Assembly: GCA_001776935.1 (NCBI GenBank)
Contig: MFDN01000001.1
Location: forward strand, 229,449-293,448
Reading direction: 5' to 3'
Source of the DNA: Candidatus Daviesbacteria bacterium RIFCSPLOWO2_01_FULL_39_23
Lineage (GTDB): Bacteria; Patescibacteriota; Microgenomatia; Daviesbacterales; UBA10151
Length of the DNA: 64,000 bases
Under the pieces are notes generated by a model, which was not told the DNA's origin, ran no database searches, and saw only the letters and a list, made by a program, of their open reading frames with translations. Of the stretch, positions 1 to 9,830 are shown in pieces. Positions within the stretch are counted from its first letter, which is position 1. Every line of letters begins with the position of its first letter. The position numbers and the translations under genes were made by a program.

Positions 1-1797
1 GTTATTTTATGTTTAATACTTATTGCCCTTGTTATTCCCTCTTTTTTTGCTTTTTTAGGTCTTAGCGAGACTGCATCTTCTGCGAAAAAATTGGTGGCTG
101 CATATAAAAGCCAAAATTTTGATGAGTTGAGAAAAGAAGTTTCGATTTCCAAAGGCGGTATGCAGAAAGCAAATATTTCCCTGGGTTTTTTGTTTTGGCT
201 GCGCGCTGTTCCCTTTCTTGGAGGGTATTACCAGGATGCCAAGAATTTTGTCGGCGCAGGTGTGGAGGAGCTTTCGGCTCTTGATAAAATTTTATCAAAT
301 TTGGAAAGCGAAAAAGAGAATCTGGGTTTTAACGGCCATCCCAAAAGCGGACCGGAAAGAGTTACGCAGGCCCTTGCTATTTTAAATAAATCCCTGCCTC
401 TTTTAGATAAAGTTGAAGGTAATTTGACTAAGGCTGCAAATTTAGTTGCAAATATTAATACGGAAAAATATCCGGAAAAGCTTAAGGGTAAAACAGTGAG
501 GAAAAATTTAGAGGTTTTAAAAAGCTTTATCCAGGGTGCTGCTGTTGCAGTCAGGGATGGCAAAGATGCATTGATGACTGCTCCTTTGTCGCTTGGGATA
601 CCAAGCGCGAAAAATTATCTGCTGCTTTTTCAAAATGATAAAGAGATTAGGCCGACCGGAGGATTTATGACGGCTTTTGCAACTCTGACAATAGAAAACG
701 GCCAGGTGAGCGCCACAACTTCTGATGATATTTACCGGCTTGATGAGAATCTGCTTAAAGTTTGTTTGACTAAGATTTGCCCTCTGACTCCTCCTGCGCC
801 GATTGTGAAATATTTACCTGAGGTTACAGGTAAGCCAAGGTCTGCATGGAGCATGAGAGATTCCAATATGTCGCCCGATGTGGCTACTTCTGCCAAAGAA
901 TTTGAAAGAATGTATCAGCTTTTAGGGGATGGGCTTCCTTTTGACGGGATAATTTTTATAGATTCGCAGGTTGTTGAAGAGTTGATTGAGGTTACAGGAC
1001 CGATAGATGTTTTGGGCACCAAATATTCGGGAGAAAAAGACCCAAGGTGTAATTGCCCCAATGTTATATATGAGCTGGAATCATATGCTGAGATTGCGGC
1101 AAAAGGAGAAAAAGACAGGAAGGCAATTTTAGGAGTTTTAATGCAGCAGATTTTAGCCCGTTCAATTGGGGCGGATGTTGAAAAAGTGCCGCAGCTTGTG
1201 GAAACTATAGCCAGGCTTGCAAACCACAAGCATGTTATTTTTTATATGCATGATTCTGCAGTGCAGAATTCTTTGGCAAAGCTTAATTGGACAGGAGAGA
1301 TTAAAGATTTTGACGGAGATTATCTGCATATTAATGATTCCAATTTTGCAGGAGGCAAATCTAATTTGTATGTTTTCCAAACAGTCACCCAGGAAATAGA
1401 TATACAAAAAGACGGAACGGCCAAGAAAAAAATTACTATTGAGTATAAAAATGACCAGCCTTTTGGAATCTGGTTAAACGGGATAAACAGGGATTATGTC
1501 AGGCTGTATGTGCCCGAGGGCAGCAAGCTGATTTCTTCCAAAGGATCGGAAGATCCGGTTGGTGCAACTTCTGAGTTGGGCAAAACAGTTTTTGAAGCAT
1601 TTGTTCAGATCAGGCCGCAGAATACCAGAAAACTGGAAATAGAATATTCCCTTCCCTACTCACCAAAGGGAGAGTATAACTTAATGGTTCAAAAACAGCC
1701 GGGAGCTAAAGATTTCCGCTACATTATTAAAATTAACGGAGCGAAAAAGGCCGACTTTTTGCTTGATACTGATAAGGAATTTAAAATTAAAATTTAA
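1..1797 (+). CDS. DUF4012 domain-containing membrane-anchored protein (5' end lies upstream of the window)
   Basis: Frame +1 is open from base 1 with a hydrophobic segment. Motifs YLLLFQNDKEIRPTGGF, RDSNMSPD and NRDYVRLYVPEGS are typical of DUF4012. Confidence 0.8.
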   Translation, partial: VILCLILIALVIPSFFAFLGLSETASSAKKLVAAYKSQNFDELRKEVSISKGGMQKANISLGFLFWLRAVPFLGGYYQDAKNFVGAGVEELSALDKILSNLESEKENLGFNGHPKSGPERVTQALAILNKSLPLLDKVEGNLTKAANLVANINTEKYPEKLKGKTVRKNLEVLKSFIQGAAVAVRDGKDALMTAPLSLGIPSAKNYLLLFQNDKEIRPTGGFMTAFATLTIENGQVSATTSDDIYRLDENLLKVCLTKICPLTPPAPIVKYLPEVTGKPRSAWSMRDSNMSPDVATSAKEFERMYQLLGDGLPFDGIIFIDSQVVEELIEVTGPIDVLGTKYSGEKDPRCNCPNVIYELESYAEIAAKGEKDRKAILGVLMQQILARSIGADVEKVPQLVETIARLANHKHVIFYMHDSAVQNSLAKLNWTGEIKDFDGDYLHINDSNFAGGKSNLYVFQTVTQEIDIQKDGTAKKKITIEYKNDQPFGIWLNGINRDYVRLYVPEGSKLISSKGSEDPVGATSELGKTVFEAFVQIRPQNTRKLEIEYSLPYSPKGEYNLMVQKQPGAKDFRYIIKINGAKKADFLLDTDKEFKIKI

Positions 1798-1817
1798 CCG
1801 GGGATAAGACCCTTACG

Positions 1818-2462
1818 ATGCATGGAATTAAAGTTGAGGGGATTATTTTAAAGAGGCGAAATTTGGGGGAAGCTGACAGGATTTTAACCGTATTAACGCT
1901 TCAAAAAGGCAAAATTTCCGTTTTGGCAAAAGGGGTAAGAAGGATCGCCTCAAGGCGGGCCGGAAATGTAGAGCTTTTAAACCGGTGTTTGTTATATTTG
2001 CATCAGGCAAAAACTTTTTTGATTTTAACTGAGGCAAGCAGCATAGATACTTATCAAAAATTAAAAGAGGATTTAACTTTATCCACCTATGCTTTTCATA
2101 TCATAGAGCTTGTTGATAAGCTTACTGCGGAAAACCAGGAAAACAGTATTCTGTATGAGAATTTAGTGTACGTTTTGCAAAAACTTTCCAGAAACCCCCG
2201 GCAGATTTTTGTGCGTGCATTTGAAGCAAAAATACTTTCGCTTATGGGCTTTGTTAATTTTCAGGAAGGTTTGCAGCTTGATGGTGTGAATATAAAAATT
2301 ATTAATCTATTAAAAAGCCTGGAGAGTATGTCGTGGGATGGGATTGAGAAGCTAAAAATAGAAGAAAAAGAGGCTATGGAACTTGAGATTGTCTTACGGT
2401 ATCATATTGAAAGAGTGATTGAAGGGAGGTTAAAGAGTAGACAATTATTGAGGAAGATATAA
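1818..2462 (+). CDS. recO: DNA repair protein RecO
   Basis: N-terminal GIILKRRNLGEADRILTVLT..GKISVLAKGVRR OB-fold signature. Confidence 0.93.
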   Translation: MHGIKVEGIILKRRNLGEADRILTVLTLQKGKISVLAKGVRRIASRRAGNVELLNRCLLYLHQAKTFLILTEASSIDTYQKLKEDLTLSTYAFHIIELVDKLTAENQENSILYENLVYVLQKLSRNPRQIFVRAFEAKILSLMGFVNFQEGLQLDGVNIKIINLLKSLESMSWDGIEKLKIEEKEAMELEIVLRYHIERVIEGRLKSRQLLRKI

Positions 2463-2475
2463 TGCTGACTGCTGC

Positions 2476-2626
2476 TGCCTGGCTCGTCGCGGTCACAAAG
2501 CACCGTTCGACTAGAAGGTCTGAAACATTAACTCTATCTCTAGTCTCACTATATGAGTATTTTGTGAATTAGTATTGCACACAAAATCCTCAAATTGCTT
2601 TGATAGACTCGCGACTTCGCAGGCGC
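2476..2626. repeat. Structured intergenic repeat, copy A
   Basis: Shares GCTCGT, ACCGTTCGACTAG, GTCTGAA, TCTCTAGTCT and ACTTCGC blocks with 9665-9813; nested inverted repeats. Confidence 0.75.
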
Positions 2627-2669
2627 TATAAGATTCTATCGCTTTAGAAGGGAATCAATATAAATAATT

Positions 2670-3977
2670 ATGGATAATAACTTAATGGATAAAGTTGTAG
2701 CACTTTGTAAAAGGAGAGGATTTGTATTTCCCGGCTCTGAAATTTATGGAGGGCTTGCTAATTCATGGGATTATGGTCCTTTAGGGGTTGAGCTTAAAAA
2801 CAATATCAAACAGGCTTGGTGGAAAAGGTTTGTTCAGCTTAGGGAGGATATTGTGGGGATTGATGCGGCTTTGGTTATGAATCCAAAAGTTTGGGAGGCA
2901 TCCGGCCACATTGCAAACTTTACAGATCCTTTGGTGGAATGTAAAAAATGCCACGGACGGTTCAGGGCAGATCAAATCAGTGAAGGGATTTGTCCGGGCT
3001 GCGGAGCAAAAGATTCTTTTACAGGAGAACGGATGTTTAACTTGATGTTTAAAACATTTATCGGCCCGGCAGAAGAGTCTTCTAATACTGCTTACTTCCG
3101 GCCGGAAACTGCCCAGGCAATGTTTGTGGATTTCAGAAGCGTTTTGGATACTACCAGGATGAGAATTCCTTTCGGAATCGCCCAAATCGGTAAAGCTTTC
3201 AGGAACGAAATTACTCCCGGAAATTTTATTTTCCGCACACGCGAATTTGAGCAAATGGAGATTGAATATTTTATTCCGCCTCCGCAAAATGACAGCGATT
3301 GGCAGGGGGTATTTGAGCATTGGAAGAAAGAGATGGTTAGTTGGATCCGCGATGATCTGGGAGCGGATATGAGTAAAGTGCATGAGCAGGAAATAGAGGC
3401 AGCTGACAGGGCCCATTATTCAAAAAGGACTGTTGATTTTGAATATGATTTTCCGTTTGGAACAAGCGAGCTTTACGGACTTGCATACCGGACTGATTTT
3501 GATTTACAAAATCATCAAAAATTCTCCGGACAAAATTTAAGTTACCGGGATCCGGACAGCGGCGAGGAGTTTATACCGCATGTTATAGAGCCGACATGGG
3601 GAGTGGACAGATCAGTGCTTGTGGCGCTTCTTTCCGCATATTGCGAAAAAGAAGGAAAGGTGATTTTAAAGCTAAGACCTAAGCTTGCGCCGTTTAAAGC
3701 GGCAGTTTTCCCGCTTCTTGCAAATAAACCGGAACTTGCTGCGCTGGCGCGTAAGATTTATCTTGACCTGAAAGCAGATTTCATGATAGCGTGGGATGAT
3801 AGGGGTAATATCGGAAAAAGATATGCATCCCAGGATGAAATCGGTACGCCTTTTTGCATTACAGTTGATTTTCAAAGCCTGGAAGATAAGATGGTGACAG
3901 TAAGAGACAGGGATAGCGCAAAGCAGGACAGGGTAAAGATTGAGGAAATTAAAAATTATTTAGCTCAGAGAATTTGA
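2670..3977 (+). CDS. glyQS: Glycine--tRNA ligase (alpha2, eukaryote/archaeal type)
   Basis: CKRRGFVFPGSEIYGG, RPETAQ, FRNEITPGNFIFRTREFEQMEIE, and anticodon domain NIGKRYASQDEIGTPFCITVD. Confidence 0.97.
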   Translation: MDNNLMDKVVALCKRRGFVFPGSEIYGGLANSWDYGPLGVELKNNIKQAWWKRFVQLREDIVGIDAALVMNPKVWEASGHIANFTDPLVECKKCHGRFRADQISEGICPGCGAKDSFTGERMFNLMFKTFIGPAEESSNTAYFRPETAQAMFVDFRSVLDTTRMRIPFGIAQIGKAFRNEITPGNFIFRTREFEQMEIEYFIPPPQNDSDWQGVFEHWKKEMVSWIRDDLGADMSKVHEQEIEAADRAHYSKRTVDFEYDFPFGTSELYGLAYRTDFDLQNHQKFSGQNLSYRDPDSGEEFIPHVIEPTWGVDRSVLVALLSAYCEKEGKVILKLRPKLAPFKAAVFPLLANKPELAALARKIYLDLKADFMIAWDDRGNIGKRYASQDEIGTPFCITVDFQSLEDKMVTVRDRDSAKQDRVKIEEIKNYLAQRI

Positions 3978-3987
3978 TATCTGCCAT

Positions 3988-4884
3988 ATGGATAAGTTAA
4001 AAAGCCTTATTTTTCTTCATAAAGCTACGGTGATTTTAGCAATAGTTCTTATTCTTGTTGCTGTTGGGGGAGTATACGCTTTTGGAAGATTTACCTCTAA
4101 GTCCGAGGGTCCTCTTGAGGAGGTGGATATTTCGTTTGATGCAGAGGGACCTTATGCCGCGCTTTTTCCCAGAAGAGACGGAAATGCACTGGTGTTAAAT
4201 CTTAAAAGAACAGGATCTTATGATGGTATTTCTTATGAGCTTGCCTACACCAGCAAAGCAGACGAGACAGTGGTTGCAGGCAGTAAGATATCAGATGATG
4301 AAGATAATAAAAATAGTTTGGATACCATTGACAGGGGAGTGGTAGGTAATATTGACACCAAGGAGAAAAAGGGTGAGTATGAGCAGGAAATTTTGTTCGG
4401 CAGCTGCAGCAAGAATGTTTGTAAATATGATAAAGGAGTGGAAAACGGGACTTTGACTTTGCATATTAAAAAAGGCAATAAGGCTTACCGGATGATTACA
4501 CAATGGCATTTGCAAAAGCCGGATGTGGCTTTAGGAAGGTTAACCTCCGGAGATGAGCATCTTGTTTATGAGGTTGAAGGAGACAGACAAGTCCTTTCCA
4601 ATATCGGGTTTACAATTATTAATGATTTAACAGGAGTGCCTAAGCTTCCTTCAGCAAAAATCGTTTTAGGTAAAGTTTATTCATTGAATGTACCTATTGC
4701 TAAACAGCTGCCTGCAGGACTTATAAGTTTAGAGCTTGCAGAGAATCCGTCGGCCGGTGCAAAGCTATACCGCTACAACGGAAGCAAAAGCGAGTGGCAG
4801 GAACTCTCTACAAAAATAGAGGGCAGTAAATTATCCGCCAAGGCAGATGGAGCAGGAATATTTGCGGTGCTAGTCTCCAAGTAA
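3988..4884 (+). CDS. Hypothetical membrane-anchored protein
   Basis: 298-aa ORF with an N-terminal TM helix and an EILFGSCSKNVCKYDKG motif; function unknown. Confidence 0.75.
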   Translation: MDKLKSLIFLHKATVILAIVLILVAVGGVYAFGRFTSKSEGPLEEVDISFDAEGPYAALFPRRDGNALVLNLKRTGSYDGISYELAYTSKADETVVAGSKISDDEDNKNSLDTIDRGVVGNIDTKEKKGEYEQEILFGSCSKNVCKYDKGVENGTLTLHIKKGNKAYRMITQWHLQKPDVALGRLTSGDEHLVYEVEGDRQVLSNIGFTIINDLTGVPKLPSAKIVLGKVYSLNVPIAKQLPAGLISLELAENPSAGAKLYRYNGSKSEWQELSTKIEGSKLSAKADGAGIFAVLVSK

Positions 4885-4940
4885 AATTTTTATTCCTCTT
4901 CGACAAGCATATACTCTTTTAAAACTAGAAAATACCTCTT

Positions 4941-5019
4941 GACCCTTCGACTACTTCGACTCCCCTCAGTACAGGTTCGCTCAGGGTCTGCGGGGTAATT
5001 ATGTAATCGTAATTACCCC
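4941..5019. repeat. REP-like palindromic element (CCCTTCGACT...GCTCAGGG, with a nested partial copy) followed by a second palindrome
   Basis: GACCCTTCGACT-acttcgactcccctcagtacaggttc-GCTCAGGGTC, then GGGGTAATTATG..CGTAATTACCCC. Confidence 0.55.
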
Positions 5020-5076
5020 TTGACAACTTCGTGTAAAATGGCGGAAAATGGTTTTAGATGGTGAAAAATGGTTAAT
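5020..5076 (+). promoter_or_regulatory. dcw promoter region with four 10-bp-periodic direct repeats (putative MraZ boxes)
   Basis: TTGACA at 5020, then AAAATGGCGG/AAAATGGTTT/TAGATGGTGA/AAAATGGTTA directly upstream of mraZ. Confidence 0.7.
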
Positions 5077-5102
5077 ATTCTGCCCAGATTAAGGATGTCC
5101 TT

Positions 5103-5516
5103 ATGTTCTTGGGCGAATATAAAACCAGCTTTTCCGGACGCGGCAGGATTGTCCTGCCAAAAAGAATGCGTTCGGAGCTTAAAGAAGAAAAAACAGTAAT
5201 CTTAAGTAAGGGATTTGAGAGTTGCATTTGGGGATTTACACAAAAAGGATTTGAAAAAGAGGCCGGCAAGCAGCTTGAAATTTCGGCAACAGAAGAACGG
5301 GCCAGGTATATGCGCAGATACCTATTTTCTGGCAGCGAATCAGTGGAGTTAGACGCTCAAGGTCGGATTATCATACCGTCTGCCCTGCTGGATTTTGCTA
5401 GCGTTAAAAAAGAAGTTGTTATTATTGGTGCGGGAGATCATTTTGAGATTTGGGATGTTAAGCGTTGGAAAAAGCATATCAGGAAGATTGAGAGGTCACA
5501 TGGTAGGATATCATAG
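5103..5516 (+). CDS. mraZ: Transcriptional regulator MraZ
   Basis: MFLGEY..GRIVLP, ELDAQGRIIIP, VVIIGAGDHFEIWD; first gene of the dcw cluster. Confidence 0.95.
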   Translation: MFLGEYKTSFSGRGRIVLPKRMRSELKEEKTVILSKGFESCIWGFTQKGFEKEAGKQLEISATEERARYMRRYLFSGSESVELDAQGRIIIPSALLDFASVKKEVVIIGAGDHFEIWDVKRWKKHIRKIERSHGRIS

Positions 5517-6414
5517 GTCCGTTCTTTTGGAGGAAGCGATAAAAGCGCTTCACGTAAAAAAAGGGGAGTGGTATTTAGATTGCACCTTGGGTGATGGGGG
5601 CCATACTTTAGAGATTTTAAAGCAGGGCGGAAAAGTAATCGGAATGGATGTTGACCCGCAAGCTTTAAAAAGAGCAAAGGAAAGGCTATGTGATTTGGGG
5701 TATTTTGAAGACCAGGGATTAAGGTTAGTACAGGGAAATTTTAGAGACTTAGAAAATATCATATCGCAGACGGAATCTGGCGATCAGAAATTTGCAAGCG
5801 TCAAGTCAAACTTGGCAGGTGCAATTTTTGATCTCGGGGTTTCCAGTTTGCAACTTGAAAGCCCCGAAAGGGGTTTTTCTTTTGGAATGATGGGACCTTT
5901 AGATATGAGGATGGATCCGACTTTGGCAGTACGGGCTTTGGATCTTTTGAACAGTTTATCAAGAAAGGAGCTTTATGAAATATTTAACCAGCTGGGTGAA
6001 GAAAAATATTCTTGGCGTTTGGCTAATGCTTTGGTGCTCGCCCGTGAAGTAAAGCCTTTTACAAATACTTTGGAGCTTTCAAAAGCTGTAGAGAAGGTGG
6101 TAGGCGGGAAAAGGGAGAAAATTCATCCGGCCACAAGGGTGTTTCAGGCTTTGAGGATGACGGTGAATGATGAGCTGGGCGCTTTAAAAGAAGGCTTGGA
6201 TAAAGTTAGAAATGAAATAAAAAAAGATGGCTACATTGTTGTTATTAGTTTTCACTCATTGGAGGACCGGATCGTTAAAAATACTTTTAGAGAGTGGCAG
6301 TTTGCGGGATTTGGTGAGGTTTTAACTAAAAAACCAATAGTTCCAACTGAGAAAGAAGTTGTAGATAATCCCAGATCCAGATCTGCAAAAATGAGGGTGT
6401 TCAAAAGGAGCTAA
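5500..6414 (+). CDS. rsmH: 16S rRNA m4C1402 methyltransferase RsmH
   Basis: DCTLGDGGH, DLGVSSLQL, PLDMRMD, HPATRVFQALR, ISFHSLEDRIVK, NPRSRSAKMR; ATG at 5500 preferred to TTG at 5395. Confidence 0.96.
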   Translation: MVGYHRSVLLEEAIKALHVKKGEWYLDCTLGDGGHTLEILKQGGKVIGMDVDPQALKRAKERLCDLGYFEDQGLRLVQGNFRDLENIISQTESGDQKFASVKSNLAGAIFDLGVSSLQLESPERGFSFGMMGPLDMRMDPTLAVRALDLLNSLSRKELYEIFNQLGEEKYSWRLANALVLAREVKPFTNTLELSKAVEKVVGGKREKIHPATRVFQALRMTVNDELGALKEGLDKVRNEIKKDGYIVVISFHSLEDRIVKNTFREWQFAGFGEVLTKKPIVPTEKEVVDNPRSRSAKMRVFKRS

Positions 6415-6419
6415 TCGCT

Positions 6420-6716
6420 ATGACAATTATTAAAAAATTTGAGCCGGCTGAACCAAGAAAAACATTCTCAAAAAAATATATCGCCCTTGTGGTGATCAGT
6501 CTTTTTGTGCTGATGGTGATTGAGATTTGGGCAAATAATAATGTGGCGGTTTATGGCGAGAAACTTCAGAAATTATCTTTTTTACAAAAAACCTTAAATT
6601 TGGAAAACCAGATTTTAGAAAATGAAATAGCTAAGCAGGTTTCCTTAACAAATGTTGCCTCAAAATCTGCAGAGCTTGGTTTTTCAAAGCCCGAGAGTAT
6701 ACAATATATTCGCTGA
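6420..6716 (+). CDS. ftsL: Putative cell division protein FtsL
   Basis: 98 aa, single TM plus coiled coil ending AELGF; lies between rsmH and ftsI. Confidence 0.7.
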   Translation: MTIIKKFEPAEPRKTFSKKYIALVVISLFVLMVIEIWANNNVAVYGEKLQKLSFLQKTLNLENQILENEIAKQVSLTNVASKSAELGFSKPESIQYIR

Positions 6717-6730
6717 ATCTTTTTTCTTGT

Positions 6731-8437
6731 ATGCGAATATTCTGGGTAAAAACTATTCTTTTATTTTTTCTTTTTGCAATATGCATACGCTTATTCTATT
6801 GGCAGGTAGTGAGAGCGGAATTTTTGCAATCCCAGGCAGAGAATCAGCATTATAAAAATACAAAGATAGAAGCTGTCAGGGGTAATATCCTTTTTGCAGA
6901 CGGATCTATTTTAACTTCTTCCAACCCGGCGTTTTCTCTATATGGACTGCCAAAACAGCTTGATGATGAGCAAAAAGTAACCACTGCTTACCTTCTGGCA
7001 AAAGTTTTAACGGGGAAGCAAGAAGAAGTGGATGGTTTGGCAAAGGAAATAACAAATAAATTATCGCAGGATTTATATTGGGTTTTATTGAAAAGGAATA
7101 TCTCCCCAGACCAGAAAAAACAAATTGAGCAATTAAATTTAAAAGGAGTTGAGTTTGAAGGCAGCAGCGTCAGGTTTTATCCGGAAGGATCTTCCGCTGC
7201 GCATCTTTTAGGCTTTGTGGTGCCGGATACTAAAGACGCAGGTGCTTCCAAAGGATATTTTGGCTTGGAAGGATATTTTAACGGCGAACTCAAAGGAATT
7301 TCCGGGCTTTTAAGAAATGAACGGGATGCTTTGGGACTGCCAATACTTATTGGTAATTTTTTAGAGAGCCAGGCAAGCAATGGAAAGTCTTTAATTTTAA
7401 ATGTTAATCAGACAGTCCAGTTTATTGTGGAGGAATCTCTTAGGGCAGGAATAAAAAAGTACGGGGCAAAAAGCGGCTCTGTAGTGGTGATGGATCCAAA
7501 AACAGGGGGAATTTTGGCATTGGCTGCTTATCCAAGCTATGATCCTTTAACTTATTATGATTTTCCAAAAGAATATTTTAGAAACCCTATTGTGGCAGAC
7601 CAGTATGAACCGGGATCAACCTTTAAGGTTTTAGTATTGGCTGCTGCCTTAAACGAGGGATTAATCCGGCCGGATACAAAGTGTGATATTTGCTCAGGAC
7701 CTGTGTCTATCAGCGGTTTTACTATCAGGACTTGGAATAATAAGTATTATGCGGATACAACCATGAAAGATGTGATAGTTCACTCAGATAATACCGGAAT
7801 GGTGTTTGCGGGTAAAAAAATAGGGCTGGATAAATTTTATTCATACCTTGAAAATTTTGGTTTTGGTCAACCAACTAATATTGATTTGCAGGACGAAGCG
7901 TCTCCTGATATCAGGGTAAAAGAAGCCTGGAGAGAGATTGATTTGGCAACGGCCTCATTTGGACAGGGGATAGCAGTAACGCCGGTTCAGATGGTGAGAG
8001 CAATTTCTGCAATTGCCAACGGAGGAAATTTGATGGAGCCTCATGTTGTTAGCAAAGTTTTATCTGATGACGGCAAAAGCGTTTATGAAATAAAGCCAAA
8101 ATCAAAACAGGTTCTTAAGCCTGCGGTGGCTCAACAGGTTATGGAGATGATGGTGGCGGCTGTACAGGAAGGGGAGTCTAAATTTGTAAAACCAAAAGGC
8201 TTTAAAATTGCCGGTAAAACAGGAACGGCACAAATTCCGGTGGCAGGTCATTATGATCCTAATAAAACAATAGCCTCTTTTGTAGGCTTTGCTCCGGCTG
8301 ATGACCCGAAATTTGTCATGCTGGTGCGGTATGATGAGCCTTCTTCTTCTATTTTCGGATCGGAAACTGCCGCCCCCACTTTTTTTGAGATAGCAAAACA
8401 ACTGCTTTTATATTATAAGATTGCACCTTCTGAATAG
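6731..8437 (+). CDS. ftsI: Class B penicillin-binding protein FtsI/PBP3
   Basis: YEPGSTFK (SxxK), SDN (SxN) and KTGTAQ motifs; dcw position. Confidence 0.92.
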   Translation: MRIFWVKTILLFFLFAICIRLFYWQVVRAEFLQSQAENQHYKNTKIEAVRGNILFADGSILTSSNPAFSLYGLPKQLDDEQKVTTAYLLAKVLTGKQEEVDGLAKEITNKLSQDLYWVLLKRNISPDQKKQIEQLNLKGVEFEGSSVRFYPEGSSAAHLLGFVVPDTKDAGASKGYFGLEGYFNGELKGISGLLRNERDALGLPILIGNFLESQASNGKSLILNVNQTVQFIVEESLRAGIKKYGAKSGSVVVMDPKTGGILALAAYPSYDPLTYYDFPKEYFRNPIVADQYEPGSTFKVLVLAAALNEGLIRPDTKCDICSGPVSISGFTIRTWNNKYYADTTMKDVIVHSDNTGMVFAGKKIGLDKFYSYLENFGFGQPTNIDLQDEASPDIRVKEAWREIDLATASFGQGIAVTPVQMVRAISAIANGGNLMEPHVVSKVLSDDGKSVYEIKPKSKQVLKPAVAQQVMEMMVAAVQEGESKFVKPKGFKIAGKTGTAQIPVAGHYDPNKTIASFVGFAPADDPKFVMLVRYDEPSSSIFGSETAAPTFFEIAKQLLLYYKIAPSE

Positions 8438-8481
8438 TGCAATGAGTATAAAAAAATAAGCGTTGCGTTATAATACCCATA

Positions 8482-9702
8482 ATGAAGACACTGGTTAAAG
8501 CTTTTATTCCGCAGAGAGTGATTAATAATCTATATCATCTTCCCAAAGCGGCATTGGCAAATATAATTTATCGTTCCTCTGCCCCGGGAGGACTAAAAAT
8601 TATCGGCGTGAGCGGGACTGACGGGAAGACTACCACAGTGAATATGATTTACCAGATCTTAAAAACTGCCGGTAAAAAGGTTTCAATGATTTCTACGGTT
8701 TGCGCCGTAATTGGAGGGAAAATTTATGACACCGGATTTCATGTGACTTCTCCGGATCCGTTTAAGGTGCAGAAATTTATCAAGCTTGCAAAAGAAAATG
8801 GTGATGAATATTTAGTGCTTGAAGTGACTTCGCATGCTTTGGACCAGTACAGGTTTTGGGGGATAAAATTTGATATTGGCGTCATAACCAATGTTGCTCA
8901 CGAACACCTTGATTATCATAAAACGCAGGAAAATTATTTAAAAACCAAACTTAAACTGATTGAAAACTGTGAGTTTGCCATTTTAAACCAGTCAGTAAAA
9001 GGAAAGGGGAAGAAAGTGGTCACTTTTGGATTGAGTGCAGGAGATCTGAATCAAAAACAGGTGGGATTAAAATTGAAAATGCCAGGTGATTATAATATTG
9101 AGAATGCTTTAGCAGCTTTATCCGTGGCGTTTGCTTTAAATATAAATAAAGATATAGCACGAAGAGCTTTGGAGAGTTTTACAGGTGTGACAGGCAGAAT
9201 GGAGGAAATAGAAAATAACAGGGGAATTAGAATTTTTATTGATTTTGCCCATACTCCCAATGCTTTGGAACAGGTTTTGAAATCCTTAAGGGAACAGGCT
9301 AAGGGTAGATTGATTGCGGTTTTTGGGTCTGCCGGCAAAAGAGATGTCAAGAAAAGGAGCTTAATGGGAAGGGCGGGCGGAGAGCTTGCAGATATCGTAA
9401 TAGTGACAGCAGAAGATCCAAGGGGAGAGCTTGAGATTATAAACAGACAGGTTGTAAGCGGAGCAATAGAAGCAGGTAAAATTATGGAAAAAAATCTTTT
9501 TGTTGTTGAGGACAGAAGCCGGGCGATAGATTTTGCCATAAATAAAATTGCCAAAAAAGGAGATATTGTGGGTATTTTTGGCAAAGGGCATGAACAGTCT
9601 ATAAATTTGGATGGGAAAAAAGAAGTTCCATGGTCAGATAAGGAAGCGATAGAAAGTAGTTTGCGCAGCAGCTCGTTTGGTCGCAAAAAACCGTTCGACT
9701 AG
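8482..9702 (+). CDS. murE: MurE-type Mur ligase (short, lacks the usual N-terminal domain)
   Basis: GTDGKTTT, LEVTSHALDQ, EHLDYHKT, DFAHTPNAL, EDPR, GKGHE. Confidence 0.88.
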   Translation: MKTLVKAFIPQRVINNLYHLPKAALANIIYRSSAPGGLKIIGVSGTDGKTTTVNMIYQILKTAGKKVSMISTVCAVIGGKIYDTGFHVTSPDPFKVQKFIKLAKENGDEYLVLEVTSHALDQYRFWGIKFDIGVITNVAHEHLDYHKTQENYLKTKLKLIENCEFAILNQSVKGKGKKVVTFGLSAGDLNQKQVGLKLKMPGDYNIENALAALSVAFALNINKDIARRALESFTGVTGRMEEIENNRGIRIFIDFAHTPNALEQVLKSLREQAKGRLIAVFGSAGKRDVKKRSLMGRAGGELADIVIVTAEDPRGELEIINRQVVSGAIEAGKIMEKNLFVVEDRSRAIDFAINKIAKKGDIVGIFGKGHEQSINLDGKKEVPWSDKEAIESSLRSSSFGRKKPFD

Positions 9703-9813
9703 GTAGTCTGAATAATTTAGATTCTCTCTAGTCTTACTTGAAGCTCGTCAATCGAAGCAGGACTGCACGATTGACTCGCCACATTTTTTGGCTGACTCAA
9801 ACTTCGCTGCTGA
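9665..9813. repeat. Structured intergenic repeat, copy B (overlaps the murE 3' end)
   Basis: Homologous to 2476-2626; provides the murE TAG stop at 9700-9702. Confidence 0.75.
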
Positions 9814-9830
9814 CCGTATTTACGACTTAT

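Noticed and set aside
2463-2669. T-box or other leader specific to glyQS
   Set aside because: No T-box motif, and a homologous element occurs between murE and murB, so it is a dispersed repeat.
9090-9686. Long antisense ORFs (also 2781-3416, 50301-50855, 56939-57460)
   Set aside because: Shadows of well-supported genes on the opposite strand, with no motifs.
9738-9830. N-terminal extension of MurB from TTG 9738
   Set aside because: It lies within the structured repeat; ATG 9831 matches the expected MurB start.
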